A stretch of 64,000 bases of DNA from Vicugna vicugna (GCA_013265495.1 MU058065.1:2643003-2707002), one strand, 5' to 3'. Positions 26,766 through 40,565 are shown, counted from the first letter of the stretch. Numbers and translations: made by a program. The notes: generated by a model from the sequence alone, not told the origin.

Positions 26766-27514
26766 ATTCACAACCTGATGTAATAGTAAAGTGCCAGGTT
26801 TATTCTGAAAGGAAAGAGTTACCAAATTTCAGTAATTCTACATTTCCTTCATTTGAATAGCCCAGACTTCTAAAAGAGTATGCTTTGCACAAACTCAGCA
26901 GAAATCACATCTCGTTTTGGATTTCCATGAGACGTACACACACAGAGGGACCATTTAACAAGTTGTGCTAGCCGTGCAGAACAAACCATTAAGCAAATGG
27001 GACCTGCTGCTGGTTGCCCCTGGCTGTGTGCTCCAGCCAAGGACAGAAGGCTCTCAAGTATTAAGCAAAGGTGTCATCAGGAAGAGAACAGCAGCAGAGA
27101 CATGGTAGGAGGGAAGGAGAAAGAAACGTGGTTTAAGAACCCAAAGGCAAATGGAATTCAGGGACCTGAAGAAGCCAGAAAACAGGCTGTCTGGTAATAG
27201 CATAACCATCAAGCAACAAATTCACTTTCCAAGCAATGAAATGGCCGAGAGGCAGCCAGTATTTGGAACCAGGCTGGTGAACATGCTGCAAACAATGGCT
27301 CTTGAAGTCTGACAAGCCCCGTGCTACATCTCAGGGTAAATGTTGAAAGTAATTTGCCAAGACTTACTCCAGCAGAAGATTCAAATGTAATACCCATTAA
27401 GCTAGTCTTCCAGCAAACTGGACATAAAGGGAAGACCCAGTGTGGGGGACTGAGACGTAGTTAATAGGACAATTAAGGGAGAGATATAGGTCCTGGGGAA
27501 TGAACTGGCAGTCC

Positions 27515-27715
27515 AATTCATTCAACGGCTTGAAGGAAAATGAAGACACCATCCGTGCTTTTAAGAAGCTTACGTTCTAGTAGGGGAGACAGATGTGAAA
27601 GTAGTCCATTCTAATCCCCTCTGATAAATGTCACAATACAGTTAAAAAGAGAATACTTTGATATGACAGAGGAGGCACTTAATTAGGGTCATGAGGTCTG
27701 GGAAAGCACCCCTTT
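27515..27715 (-). mobile_element. L2 fragment
   Basis: CATTCAAC...AAGAAGCTTACGTTCTAGTAGGGGAGACAGA. Confidence 0.6.
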
Positions 27716-27847
27716 TTTGTTAATGCCTTATCAGAAATTAGAAAGAGACTCAGCATAAACACTTAATATGGGGTTATGGGCTGGATGGATAAACTTGGAA
27801 ACAGGGTATCAAATCATGGTGCCATAGCAAATATTTCCTCTTTACAG

Positions 27848-27965
27848 GGAAGGCGAAAACAAGGACAGGATATAGAGCCCTCTCGAAAGTGAAACGCCAG
27901 CACAGTGTGGCAAACAAATGTGACTGAGCCAATATACGGTATCGCGACCCATGGATGCAAAATGA
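27848..27965 (+). other. Candidate exon / CpG-retaining element
   Basis: Acceptor tttcctctttacAG, donor GA|GTATGT, AATAAA at 27980-27985, about 6 CpGs in ~100 bp. All three frames contain stops. Confidence 0.25.
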
Positions 27966-29122
27966 GTATGTTGTTTATCAATAAAATTCCTTTAGTCCAG
28001 CATTTAATATATTTTAAAAAATTATTTAACATTTTCCAAGCAAGGACAAAATTGGCTTTGCTCATTGTTAATTTTTTTGGTGTTTAGTATATTTACACAA
28101 ACGTCAGAGCTTTGGGAATACTGGTATACCCCCGACTCCCTACACTGTGACCCAGGGAGGTGGACTCAGGATACAAGGGACAGTTGAGGGAAACATCTAT
28201 CTTCAGTGACCCTGATGTGTGTGTGCACACGTGTGCAGCATCTGAGGAGACTTATCACTCTTTCTTTGAAAACTTCTCTCCTCTCCAAAGGGCAATCCTA
28301 GGACAACGAACTCGTCTTTGTTTAGCCAAGCCCACTTTCCTGAATCAGAGAGATGTCAGGGAAGCTCTTTTTGCTGTACACAAGAAGAGGGGCATATTGT
28401 TGCCCATTTAAAATAAATTGCATTGTCTAATGGATGTTAGGGTATATTTCAGTCAGCTGGCTGGACTGTCAGAGACTTAGATTCTTCACCCATGATAAGA
28501 CAAATTCATTATTAAGGGACCAGGAAACAGCCTGGCTACAGTTTGAGTGCAAAACGTTGCTATCAGTCATTACATCTAAACTCCTCTGGGATTCTGGGTG
28601 GAGGAGTGTAATACCCAGGCCCCACTCTCTCCTTGACACTGGGAGTCAGAGCAGCCCCATGAAACTACAGTCGAACATCAGGAAGAGCCAAGATGGGACT
28701 AGAACAGGGAGACAGCTGACAGTATTAATGTAAGGATAACATCAAACTAATTTGATAAGCTCCATCTTATGGTAATCCCCCACCCCACCTCCATCAGCTA
28801 GACCTGTATTTTGGCTGCTCTTTATTATTAAGCATTATGTCAGGGATGCCCTAAATAAGGGTTTGGAGAAAAATACTGTTTAAAATGTTAACTTTTTAAA
28901 ATTTGTTTAAATATGAAATAAATCATGAATGAAGCCATCTTTTTCCTTCTCTGGAAAATGTTCAAAAGAAATTGAAATGTACTATTAGTGGCTAAGATAA
29001 AGGACTTCTGTTATTAAAACAAAAGAACATATACCCAGGGCACTAGTAAGCTTGGAGAAAAATTTAAATCCAGCTGAACTCCAAGATTCCATGTAGATGA
29101 AGAAGGAGGTCAAAGGTCTTAA

Positions 29123-29292
29123 GCAGTGTTTTTCATACTTTAGTGTGTATATGAATTACCTGGGCATCTTGCTAAGTGCAGTAGGTCTTGGATAAAACAC
29201 AAGAATCTATTTCTCATTTGGTGGATTTTAACATTTCCAACAGGCTGATGCTATCGGTAGGGGAGCCACACTTTGAGTCACAAGGGTCTAAG
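29123..29292. mobile_element. MER5A-like hAT-Charlie MITE
   Basis: CAGTGTTTTTCATACTTTAGTGTGTATATGAATTACCTGGG...CCACACTTTGAG. Confidence 0.7.
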
Positions 29293-29434
29293 GTGAGAGC
29301 TGGTTTATGTTTCTCCACCATAGACTTCTAGGTGCTGGGTCACCAAGAATGTGATCTTGTGCAGATAAAGAACTTTGACTTCAGTGCGCTAAAAGGAATC
29401 TCCACAAAAAATCAACAGCAAAAAGTACAGGGGA

Positions 29435-29600
29435 CTTGGCATCTGTAAAATATGGGATTGATTCTAAACTCTACATTTACTGTGTGACCCTGAATGAGTC
29501 ATTTAACCTCACTGAGACTCAGCTTCCTTAGTTATAAAATGTGTAGAATGATCTGTTTTTCCACCTCTGAGATAGCTTTTAAGATCAAATGGAAACATTA
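29435..29600 (+). mobile_element. MIR SINE
   Basis: TGTGTGACCCTGAATGAGTCATTTAACCTCACTGAGACTCAG. Confidence 0.65.
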
Positions 29601-29988
29601 ATCATATTCTTAGTATTTGTCAGTAACTGTGATAAATCTTTTAAATATATTAATTCACTTAATCTTCATGATAATCCAGTGAATTAAATACTACTATTAT
29701 TGGAGCCTCCCTGAGGGTATGTGGGGCCCCTATAAATATTCACAATTTGATTTTAAAATGTATTATGAAGTTAACGAATGTAGTTGAAGATTCGGAATAA
29801 GGAGTAGAGACTAGGAACTTATGTATTGTTTATTGCCCAGTGAGAGCACCTGGAGATTCTTTGTACTGTCTAGGCACTATGTCTTCCTGTTCAGGTCCAG
29901 AAATCTTGTCTTCATGTCCTTTATTGTCAAATATGCCACTCATAGGAGTTTAATATCTCCTACCATGGGAGAAAGATAATCATGCCAT

Positions 29989-30583
29989 CTGTATTAGTTC
30001 TCCATACACATAAAAAAATTACCTTAAACTCAGTGGTTTAAAACAGTACTCATTTATAGTAAGCTCATAGTTCTGTAGATCAGAAGTACAGATAAAGCAT
30101 GGTTGAATTATTTTCTTGTTTCCCAGGGTGAAATCAGAGTGTTGGCTGTGCTGTTTTTTTTTTTTTTTCTGGAAGATATGGGACAAATCTTCCCCTAAGC
30201 ACCTTCATGTTGTTGTGAAGGTCACCCCAAAAGAGGGCACCTTGTAGTTGCTGGACTGAGGCCCTCATTTCTATGCTCGTTGCAAATCAGGCACTGTTCT
30301 CAGCTCCTACTGGCTATCCATTCCTTGCTCCATGGCTCCTTCTGTAAGTCCTCTCAACACTTAGGATCCTTTTTGTCAAGAAGAGATCGGTCACTTTTAA
30401 GAACCCACATGATTAGGTCTGGCTCACAGAGGGTAATCGCCCGTTCTTAAAGTCAGTTATGCCATATAGCATAACCTTATCACAGGAGCAAAATCGGTCA
30501 TATTTACAGTCCCACTGATTATGCAGACTGTGCACAGCAAGGGGCAGGGATCTTGGGGGCCAGTCAGAATTCTACCTACCGCA
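29989..30583 (-). mobile_element. MLT1 (D/E-like) solo LTR
   Basis: Starts TGTATTAGTTCTCC...AAACTCAGTGGTTTAAAACA and ends GGATCTTGGGGGCCAGTCAGAATTCTACCTACCGCA. Confidence 0.8.
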
Positions 30584-30687
30584 TCATGGTTCTTTGCAAC
30601 TATTTGTATTAATACAATATAGATCACCTTGCCTTTGTACTTTTGTACCTTTACACTATCATTGATTTAATTCTGATTATAAAGTGA

Positions 30688-30771
30688 TTATATATGCTTA
30701 TATATACATGTATTATAAATATATATATATATAAAATATATATATACACACATACATACATACACACACAT
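30688..30771. repeat. (TA)n/(CA)n compound microsatellite
   Basis: Directly visible. Confidence 0.9.
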
Positions 30772-32029
30772 TACCATTTATTTAATGCTAATTATATAGT
30801 CGTTATATATGGTTATATGGTTGTATAGTGCTGGTTAGTAATGATTCATCCATGCGCTACCCAAGAAAAATTGTTTCCAGGGTCTCTCAAAGGTATTATT
30901 CTTCTTTGTTGATGATAACCACAAATACAAGTCTTGTTCAGAATATGCAGGAAAAAAATGTGAATGACAATTCATTTTCTAAGTATGTTTAATTTATCCT
31001 TCAGAATTATGTAGAATCAATGTAGAAAACACATCTTCCAACCATGTCTCCTCTTGAATCTTTTAGGGTGCAATCAATGAGTTCCTAGAATCTGAATTAT
31101 TTCAATGTTGACTGCATCTCTGCTATCTATACACTATACAGAGATAAGAGAGGGAGCCATGCACAGAGTGACAAGAGCAGTCTGATTTGTGGAAGAAATT
31201 TTCAGTCCTCTTCTGGAACAACTTAAGAATGACAAGGAGAGTATGACATTACCACATTGACTGAAGGCAAGAAAGGACACTGATTGGTAGGACCTAATGG
31301 CAGTACAGAGGGATCACCTCAAAAGCCCTCAAATGAGATAGTCATTTCACCCTACTCTCCACCTAGCTGTCAGGAGGACTGTCTGACATGTGGTATGAAG
31401 ATTGGAAGGAAGATGGAGAGAGCTATGAGTGCCATCAGTGGGGACACTCAGAGTTAAAAAATGCCTGCTACCCTTTGGTGCTGTAGACCAAAGGTGGCAT
31501 CATGACTGGAACACAAACTGGCAAGAGCTGATGAATAAGTCTACACACAGAGCTAAAAACCAAAGATTGACAGTGGACCATCCTTACTTTGTCCTTAGTT
31601 GGATGTGAGTGAAAGTCACCCCAAATCACTAGGTCAGCATCATGCTTGTGACTCAAACAAAAGAAAATACTGCTCAACTCAGTGAAAGTAATCTACATAT
31701 CAAGCGACCTTTCTGGAACTGGAGGCCCAGATACTTGCATTGGTGAAATTCCTAGAGCTTCCCAGGTCAGCTGGTTAATCTTATATGCATAGTAGAGGCT
31801 AAAGAGCTCCCTGATGGGACAAATGGAGCCTGTGGGCCACATGGATCCTGGTCTAGTTCTGAGGTTCCCTGTCTGGGTGGCACTGGTCAGCTCTGGTCAG
31901 TTCTAAAGCTAGAAATATACTCAGAAAATTTTAAAGAACTCACTGGAGAGTGCTTCTTTCTGTTTCCACCTTCCACAGTGCGAGGCCTAAGGCAGGAGAC
32001 TCACTAGTCTGTGTCCAATAAAAGTAATT

Positions 32030-32185
32030 CTTATTATCATTCTTGTTTTATAGATGAGACAACTGAGATATGGAGAAATTAAGCAATTTTCCTAAAGTCA
32101 AATTGCTATTAAGTGTCAAGATATAAAATCAAAGAATATGATTCCAGAGCCTATACTCATTACCAATTTGCTATATGGCCTCAGA
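32030..32185 (-). mobile_element. MIR SINE
   Basis: TTTTATAGATGAGACAACTGAGATATGGAGAAATTAAGCAATTTTCCTAAAGTCA. Confidence 0.75.
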
Positions 32186-33364
32186 AATATGATAGTGTAT
32201 GTGAAATAATTTTGTGTGAATGAAAGATATACTTATCAACTTTTCATGAAGTATAGAAGTGCCCTGAAGAATGCATTTCAGCTGTAAATATATTTGTGCT
32301 CATTGATCAAGGGGCAGTTTCTAGGGAGCTGGTGCCTGTGTAAAGTTTCAGAGTAACAGCAACAGATTACTCCTAACACTATGTGCCTCATTTTTATGCT
32401 TAAAAGAGCTACTGGAGGAGGAGTTTTAATTCCAATAATGGTAGAAAACTTGTATCAAACTAAATATCATATAGATAAAGATGATCAGCCCTGGAAAAAA
32501 TATAAAAAGAATACTTATTTGAAGGCACAGGAGAGTAACCAAAGCAGGTAAAATTCTAGGGAATATAAGGATTTAAAAGAAAGGAAATGCATGGGATAGG
32601 TTCTATATTTATAACATTTTTCATGAAGGCTTTCTCCAATATAAATAGTGGGGTAGCTACAATTGGTGAGAAAAGGTATAATCTTACTGACTTAAGGTAT
32701 ATCAGAGAACAAAGTAAGCTGTCAGAAAAGCTAGAAATTAGGGAAACCACAAATATGCATATAAACTTTCCTCAAATATTTATCTGCCCCAGTAACTACT
32801 TATATGCAGGGAAAAGTTCAAAGAGCATAGCAAAACACAATATCTAGATGGCTTAAAAACCTTAGCAGAAATTTCAGCTGTTGTCCACTGTAGGGGTTAT
32901 AGATTGGAGTCTGAATTTTCAAGACAGAGGGACTCATAAGTAAAGACTGATTTCCAAAATTGAGTTTTAGGGGAACATTAGAATAAACAAACATCAACTA
33001 AATGTAAAATCAAGCATCTGCAAATCGAAAGTGATCAGCCTGTAATTTAACTTCCTGTTAAAGCAAAAATCAATAATTTTCAGAGGAAGATAAATAATCC
33101 TTTTACAAAATATCCACAATATCCAGCATAATATAAAGCATTGCAATTTAAAAAATGCAAAGAAACAGGAAACAAACAAAAAATGAGTCAAAAAAAAAGG
33201 CAGTCAATAGAAAGAGACCCTGAGATAAAATAATATTAGAATTAATAGTCAAGGATTCTAGCTTTAAAGCAATTATAGTATGTTCAAAATTTAAATGAAA
33301 ATATAGTCATAATGAGTGAACAGATGGTCATCTCTTATGATAAATGGAAATTATAAAAAAGAAA

Positions 33365-34680
33365 GATCATAAACATAAAATGCAAAACTCTAAGCCTCCA
33401 TGAATATAACACAGGATAAAACCTAGATGGCCTTGAGTATGGTCATGAGTTTTTACGTACATCACCAAAGGCAGAAGCCAGGAAAGAAAGAACTGATAAA
33501 CTAGAAATCACTGAAGTTAAAAACTTCTTTTCTGTGAAAACGATGTTAAGAGAATGAGAAGAAAAGCTACAAGCTGGGGAAAATATTTACAAAAGATGTA
33601 TTTGATAGAGAACTGTTATACAAAATATAGAAAGAACTTTTAAAACCCACCAATAAGAAAATAAACAACCCAACTACAAAAGGGCCAAAAAGCTTAATAG
33701 GAACTCCATTAAAGAAGATAAACAGATAGAAAAGAAGCAATGAAAAGGTGCCCCACATCATATGTTGTCAGGGATATGCAAAATAAAATAATTAGAGATA
33801 TCACCACATGCCTATTAGAATGGCCAAAATTCAAAACACTGAAAACACCAAATGCTGGCAAGCATGTACAACAAAAGGAACTCAAATTCATTGCTGGTTG
33901 GAGTGCAAAACGGTACAGACAAATTGGTAAAATGTTTGGTGATTTTTTTTTTACAAAACTAAAACATAGTCTTACCATATAATCCAGCAATTGTGCTCCT
34001 TGTTATTTACCCAAAGGCTCTGAAAGCTTAAGTCCACACAAAATTCTGACACAGACATTTCTAGCAGCTTTATTTATGACTGTCCAAACTTGGAAGCAAC
34101 CAAGGTTTCCTTCAGGAGGTGAATGAGTAAGTGAGCTGTGATACATCTAGATAATAGAATATAATTCAGTGCTAAAAAGAGATTGCTATCAAGCTATAAA
34201 ATATATGGAGGAATCTTAGTTGCAGATTATTTAGTGAAAGAAGATGATGTGTAAAAACTACATACTGTATGATTCCAGCTATATGACATTCTAGAAAAGG
34301 TAAAGCTATGTGAAAACATCAGTGGTTGCCAGGGTTTAGGTGGGGGAGATGAATAGGCAAATCACAGAGGATTTTTAGGGCACGGAAAATAATCTATATG
34401 ATACCATAATGATGGATACATATCATTATACATTTGTCTAAACCTATAGAATGTACAACACCAAGAGTAAACTTTCATGTGAACTATGGACTTTGGGTGA
34501 TTATGATGTGTCAATGTGGGCTCATCAGTTGTAACAAACATACCACTCTGGTGAGGGACTCCAATAATGGGGGAGGTTGTGCTTATGTGGGGGCAGGGCA
34601 TATATGGGAAATCTATGTCTCTTCCTCTTCATTTTGTTGTGAATCTAAAATTAACCTAAAAATTAAAGTCTTTAAAAAGT
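33365..34680 (+). mobile_element. L1MC1/2-like ORF2 end plus 3' UTR nested in the older L1
   Basis: AGAATGTACAACACCAAGAGTAAAC...GAACTATGGACTTTGGGTGATTATGATGTGTCAATGT. Confidence 0.85.
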
Positions 34681-34855
34681 ATATATGTATTCAAAATCAC
34701 CAAATGGAAATTCTAAAATTAAAAAAATATTATATCTAAAGTGAAAAATTTACTGGATGGGCAAAATGTCAGATTAGAGATGGCAGAAAAAAGAATTACT
34801 TAACTGAAAGATCAATCAATGTAAATTATCTAAACCAAAACACAGACCCATTTTT

Positions 34856-34969
34856 AACTCCTTTATTGTGGTATAACTCCTGTACAGTAAACTACACATA
34901 TTTCAGATGTACAATTTGATGAATTTTGATAGATGTATAAACCTATGAAACCACCACCACAATCAAGAT
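34856..34969 (-). mobile_element. Short L1M 3' end with 14-bp TSD
   Basis: TSD ACAGACCCATTTTT at 34842-34855 and 34970-34983, flanking the reverse L1 tail CTTTATTGTGGTATAAC. Confidence 0.8.
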
Positions 34970-37379
34970 ACAGACCCATTTTTTTAATTGACAAAATCAC
35001 ATTGACCTATGAAACAATATCAAGAGGTCAAGTTTAAACATAATTCGAGTTCCAGCAGTAGAGCAGAAAGAAAATGCAGCAGAAAATAAAGTAAGATACT
35101 AATGGCTGAAATGTTTCTTAATTTCATGAAAAACTTACAGAAGCTCAGATAACACCAGTCAAGGTAAATACAATTAAGGAAACACTTAGGCAAATCACAG
35201 ACAAGCTACTGAAGATAAGTGATAAAAAGGAAACCTTGAGATCATTTATAGGAAAAAAAAGCACACTGCAAACTGGAGAACAATGAGAATATGGCTGATA
35301 GCTTATCAAAAAGAATAACAGCTAGAAGACGTTAGAGAAATAGATCAACCCCGAGTTTAATATCCAGCAAAGATATCCTTTAGGAATGAATGTTGATAAA
35401 GATATTTTCAGATAAACAGAAGATGAGAGAATTAGTTACCAACACACGGATTAACACAACAAGAAATGCTAGAGAAAATTCTTTAGGCTAAATGGAAATA
35501 ACATAAAATGGAAACTCAGATATACAGAAAGAAATGAAGAACATAATAAATCATATGTATATGGAAAAATCAGAGCATCTTTCAAAAAGAAACTGAACGT
35601 TTATTGCAAAAATTATAAACCGTGTTTCAGGTTTTTTAGCAAATGTTGACATAAAATATATGACAATTACAGTTTAAATTATGGGGAAGAAAATGGAACT
35701 AATTATACTTCTGCAAGGTTTTTGTATTTTATGTGAGGTGCTACAATATTAATTCTAAGTACTGTGGTAAATTAATGAGATAAATTAAGGATACATATTT
35801 TAATCCCTGGAGCAACCACTAAATAAAAGTTATTGCTAAAAAGCCAATAGAAAAATTACACTGGAATACTAAAAAATATACTGTTAATTCAGTAGAAGGC
35901 AGTAAAAGAGTCATAGAAGTTAAAAAGCAGATTAGACTGATAGAAAACAAAGAGCTACATGTTGGATTTAAATCCAAAAATATAAAGGCTTTCATGCCTT
36001 CATACTGGAGCGATACTGACCCCAAGGTAAAAGCTGATCGAGAACTCCCACTAGCAAAGCTAAAAATCAAAGCTTGAAACAATCAAGCTAATCGGCAAGA
36101 AATGTTATCTGTAGGTCAGAACATAGTTTAATACTCTTTAAAGGACGAGAACCATAATCCAGACAATCAACAATATAAAATCACGATGTCCAGGATCCTG
36201 TTAAAACAACCTAGAAATACCCAAGAAGCAGGACATTAAGGCCTATAACCAGGAGAAACCCAGTCAACAGCTACAAACCCAGAAATAAGATCAATAAAAG
36301 AATAAGACAAAGGTTTTTAAATGACTGTTACAGATAATGCTCAGAGAGTCACAGAAAAACATAGTGATAATGAGAAGAGAAATGGAGGATATGAACATCA
36401 AATTGAAATTCTAAAGATGAAAATTACAGTATATGTAAAATTCACCATGTTAAAAAGCATTTGACTAAATTCAGCATTCGTGATAAAATATCTCAGCAAA
36501 TCAGAAATAAAAGATAACTTCCTCAACCTGTTATAGGTCATTATGAAAAACCTATGGCTAACATCATACTCAACAGGGAAGAACTGAATACTTTCCCCCA
36601 TTACGACTGAAACAAGGCAAAGATGTCAACTGTCACACTTTGCATTAAACATGACATCAAACATTAGAGCATGTGAAATAAACAAACACTTCGTAAAGTC
36701 TGTGACTTACTTCTTGCACTGCAGCTCCAACTGGTGACATGGTAAGCACCAAAAAGTCATAGCATTTTCCCTGTAGACACAGAAGATCATGAATACCAAT
36801 CCTCTCCTTCCCATTTATGGGGAATCTAGGATGTGCCTCATTGCTGCAAGGGAATGTTCATACACTTTAGGAGGATAATGTTTTAAAACATACTTCAGTG
36901 TTCTTTTCTTTTTGTCTTGGTGCCAGTGTGACCTTCCCCTCCTTCATCCCCATTCTTTCAGAGATTTCCATTTGCCTTGGGAGGATTAGGATCGTTAAAG
37001 CTGGGATACATAGAGAAAGAGGAGTCATTCAGCCCTTGCATGCAAATTAGAATTTTCAAGCCTGCAACGATAAAATTGTCTTAGAGGCTAGGTTTCATGG
37101 AAAGAGAAAGTCATTTTAAAAATTCCTTTAGCTATCATTAACATGGTATGAGCTAGGTCTGACAGATTAGATCACAGAGTTTCTTCCATAGTGTAGAGAC
37201 AAGATTGATTCTGCCATTAAGCCTGCGCTGTGAGGCCTGGTGTTCCCAGGAAGATGAATGGTGCCAGTGATGTACTCGAGTACAGCCCATGACAGGAAGG
37301 GAGATGAGAAGGGAGGGAGAAGGGAAAATGGCCTTTATGTCCTGGTGAATTGCGGAAAGGAAAAGAAGACAGCGAGAGA

Positions 37380-38360
37380 TGAATTAGTTTTTGCTACATA
37401 ATAAGGCGCCTCAAAATTTACTGTCTTAAAACTACAGTCATTTATTTAGTGCATGATTCCGCGGGCCATCAACTTGGTTGAGATCCTCTAGGTAGTTCTA
37501 GTCCCGGCTGGGCTCATTCTGAACTCTATGATCAGCTAATAGGTTGATTGGCTGGTCTAGGATGGCCTCAGATGGGCCAGCTTCTCTCTATTTTCCAATG
37601 TCTCTCCTCCTTCAGCCAGCCGATCTGGGCTTGTCCATATGGTAGGGGCAGTATTCTGAGAAAAAGGACCTTGGCATAGAGGCTTTTTTGTGGCCTACAG
37701 TCAGCAATGATATGGTATCATTTCTGCTGCATTTTATCAGTCAAAGCAAATCACAAGGCCAGCCTGGATTCAAGGGGCAGAGAAAGAGACTTCACTTCTT
37801 GATGGGAAGGACGTCAAAGTCACTTGTAATGTACTACTCAGCCATAAAAACTGACAACATAATGCCATTTACAGCAACATGAATGCTCCTGGAGAATGCC
37901 ATTCTAAGTGAAGTAAGCCAGAAAGAGAAAGAAAAATACCATATGAGATCGCTCATATGTGGAATGTAAAAAACAAAAACAAAAACAAACAAACAAACAA
38001 ACAAAAACAAAGCATAAATACAGGACAGAAATAGACTCACAGACAGAGAATACAGACTTGTGGTTACCAGGGGGGTGGAGGGTGGGAAGGGATAGACTGG
38101 GATTTCAAAATTGTAGAATAGATAAACAAGATTACACTGTATAGCACAGGGAAATATACACAAAATGTTATGATAACTCACAGAGAAAAAAATGTGACAA
38201 TGAGTGTGTATATGTCCATGAATGACTGAAAAATTGTGCTGAACACTGGAATTTGACACAACATTGTAAAATGATTATAAATCAATAAAAAAAAGTCACT
38301 TGCAATGGAACATGAAGGGGAATAATAGTGACCATTTTTGTAAACAATTTTCCACAAACG
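37380..38360 (-). mobile_element. MLT1 (F/G/H-like) LTR split by a young L1
   Basis: GCAAATCACAAGGCCAGCCTGGATTCAAGGGGCAGAGAAAGAGACTTCACTTCTTGATGGGA; resumes after the L1 at ~38300. Confidence 0.75.
37832..38291 (+). mobile_element. Young L1 3' end (camelid-type) with 16-bp TSD
   Basis: TSD AAAGTCACTTG(T/C)AATG at 37816-37831 and 38292-38307; L1 3' UTR with an A tail. Confidence 0.92.
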
Positions 38361-38419
38361 TCATGTTCTCCTCTACCATGTGCCTCTTCTGGCTATTGGA
38401 GGTTGCAGTTAAATAGATT

Positions 38420-39385
38420 GAAAGGAAAATAAAAACCATAGAACCTTGTTCTGATTCATGTTTAGCTCTCTAAGAAGAGGCACTAGCACTGACATGGGGA
38501 GGCTAGAGGATTATAAGATTAGCAGCATGAGATGCGATTTAGAGGGGGGTTCTAGGTCTAACCCCCTCAGTTCTCTCTTGAGTCCTTGGTGATAATAGTG
38601 GCAGGTGCCCAAGAGTTTCAGCCTACCCTGTGAAGGGACAGAAAAGACAGTGGATGGTGCTGAAGGTAACCTCACTGACAGGTCATTGTGCTGGGGTCAA
38701 AATGAGTCTGTACCAAAGACTGCAGGATGATCACCTAGGCCAGGAATCAAGAGAGCATCACCTCCAGACCTCAGAGCTTGCTGGTGATGGTACTACCCTG
38801 AGGTTAGTTACCATCACCAGCAAGAATCCAGGTGGGTTGGGTCAGCAGATCAGACCATGGTACCTGATCATACTGAGAGAAGATAAACCACAAGCCGTCA
38901 GGCTGCAGATATTGGCAGCCAATTCCATCACGGTGAGAAGTGACTAGTAGACGTGGGAAGACTCCTTTGTTACTGAGGGGTTGTGGTCTGAAAGTGTCCC
39001 CTCAAAATTCATATGCTGACACCCTAAACCCCAAGATAATGGTATTCAGGGGCAGGGCCTTTGGGAGGTGATTAGTCCATGAGGGAGGAGCCCTCATGAA
39101 TGAAATTAGTGTCCTTATAAATGAAGCCCAAGAAATCTCCCTTGTCCCTTCTACTCGTGAGGTTACAGTGGGCCCCACCACAAAAGAACACAGTAGACTC
39201 TCTATTCATGCATCTTTAGGGGAGTGGGAAGGAAGCCTGGCCATTTACCTGAAAGTCATTGCTTAAACCAGAAGAGACTGAGATTTTGTTAAATTTAAAT
39301 TGCTTTCTTGCCCCACTCAGAGGAAGCTGTAGAGGAAGACTATGCCAAAAAGTTAAAAACAAAAAACAAACCTACATTTTCTTTG
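38420..39385. mobile_element. Possible ancient Gypsy-like (MamGypLTR-type) LTR fragments, also ~36800-37370
   Basis: Recalled similarity only (CAGAAGAGACTGAG..., purine-rich body). Confidence 0.3.
38982..39175 (+). mobile_element. MLT1A-like LTR 5' part (3' tip at ~39390-39425)
   Basis: TGTGGTCTGAAAGTGTCCCCTCAAAATTCATATG...GGGCCTTTGGGAGGTGATTAG...GGAGCCCTCATGAATG. Confidence 0.8.
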
Positions 39386-39559
39386 TGTAAGTAGTTTATA
39401 GAACAGCCTAAACTGACTGAGGTACAAATGAGACAAGATTTTATTTGTCTCCAATCACTGACTTCAACAACATTCAGTTAAATCATCCTTTCAGGTAGAA
39501 CCCATACATTTCTTGCCACTTTCAATTAGTAACTACTCTACTCTATTCCAAATAACTTC

Positions 39560-40565
39560 ATGGTCTTGGAGTGGCCAAGATTTCTGAACTGAGACATAAA
39601 ACATATTAACCATAAAAGAAAAATATTAATAAATTTGACTTTATTAAAATTAAGAACTTCATCAAGTTCATCAAGAGACATTATTAAAAGGAAATGAAAA
39701 AATACTGGACAGAGGAGAGAAGATATTCACCAACTACATAATGGAATTCATATCTGAATATATAAATAATTCATATAAATTGCTAAGAATAGGAAAACGT
39801 AATAGAAAAATGGGCAAAAGTTTAAATAGACACTTCACAAGAGATGATATTTAAATGACCAATAAACACATGCAATGTTGCTAAATTTCATTATTCATCA
39901 GGAAAATGCAAATTTAAAGTACAGTGAATATTATTACCAATCTAGTAGAATAGCTGCCAATGGAGTAACAAGACCATTCACACACTGCTACTGCTTTCTA
40001 GAAAATTCTTTGATTATTTATCTCAAAACAAAAGATATGAATCAAACATCTCACTCTTGAGTACATATCCACTAGAAAAGTAAACACATCTTCAGCACAA
40101 CTCAGATACTAGAATATACATTGAAGCTCTATTTTTGAAATATCCAGACTGGAAGTTATTCTTATGCCCACAAATGATAGAATAAATTGTGGTATGTTCA
40201 CGTAATAGAATATTCTTCAGTAATGAGAATTAATGATCTACCAATATATGTAAAAATATTGAATGATTCTCACACACATTGTATTGAATGGAAGAAGCCA
40301 GACCCCCAATAAACTGTATGATTCCACTTGTATAAAGTACAAAAAGAAGTAAAAGTAATCTGTTTTTTAAAATCAGGATATTGGTTACTCTTTGGGGAGC
40401 AGGCTTAGAGACTGGAAGGGAGCAAGGGAGCATCTGAGGAGCTGGGAATATTCTGTTTCTGATCTGGATGTTGGTCACACTAGTGTGTTCAGTTTGTGAA
40501 AATCCAGCAAGCTATACACTTAGGTGAAGTTTCAGTATGTTTATTATGTTTCAGTAAAAAGTTTT
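39560..40565 (+). mobile_element. Old L1M (L1ME-like) ORF2 end plus 3' UTR
   Basis: AATAGAAAAATGGGCAAAAG...AGACACTTCACAA; TTCTGTTTCTGATCTGGATG. Confidence 0.8.

Larger units (their letters stand above)
32420..36680 (+). mobile_element. Composite old L1M block (5'/ORF1/ORF2 remnants) with nested L1 insertions
   Basis: A-rich L1 ORF1-like segments and an ORF2 motif ATGAAAAACCTATGGCTAACATCATACTCAA...AACAAGGCAAAGATGTC near 36540-36640. Confidence 0.7.
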
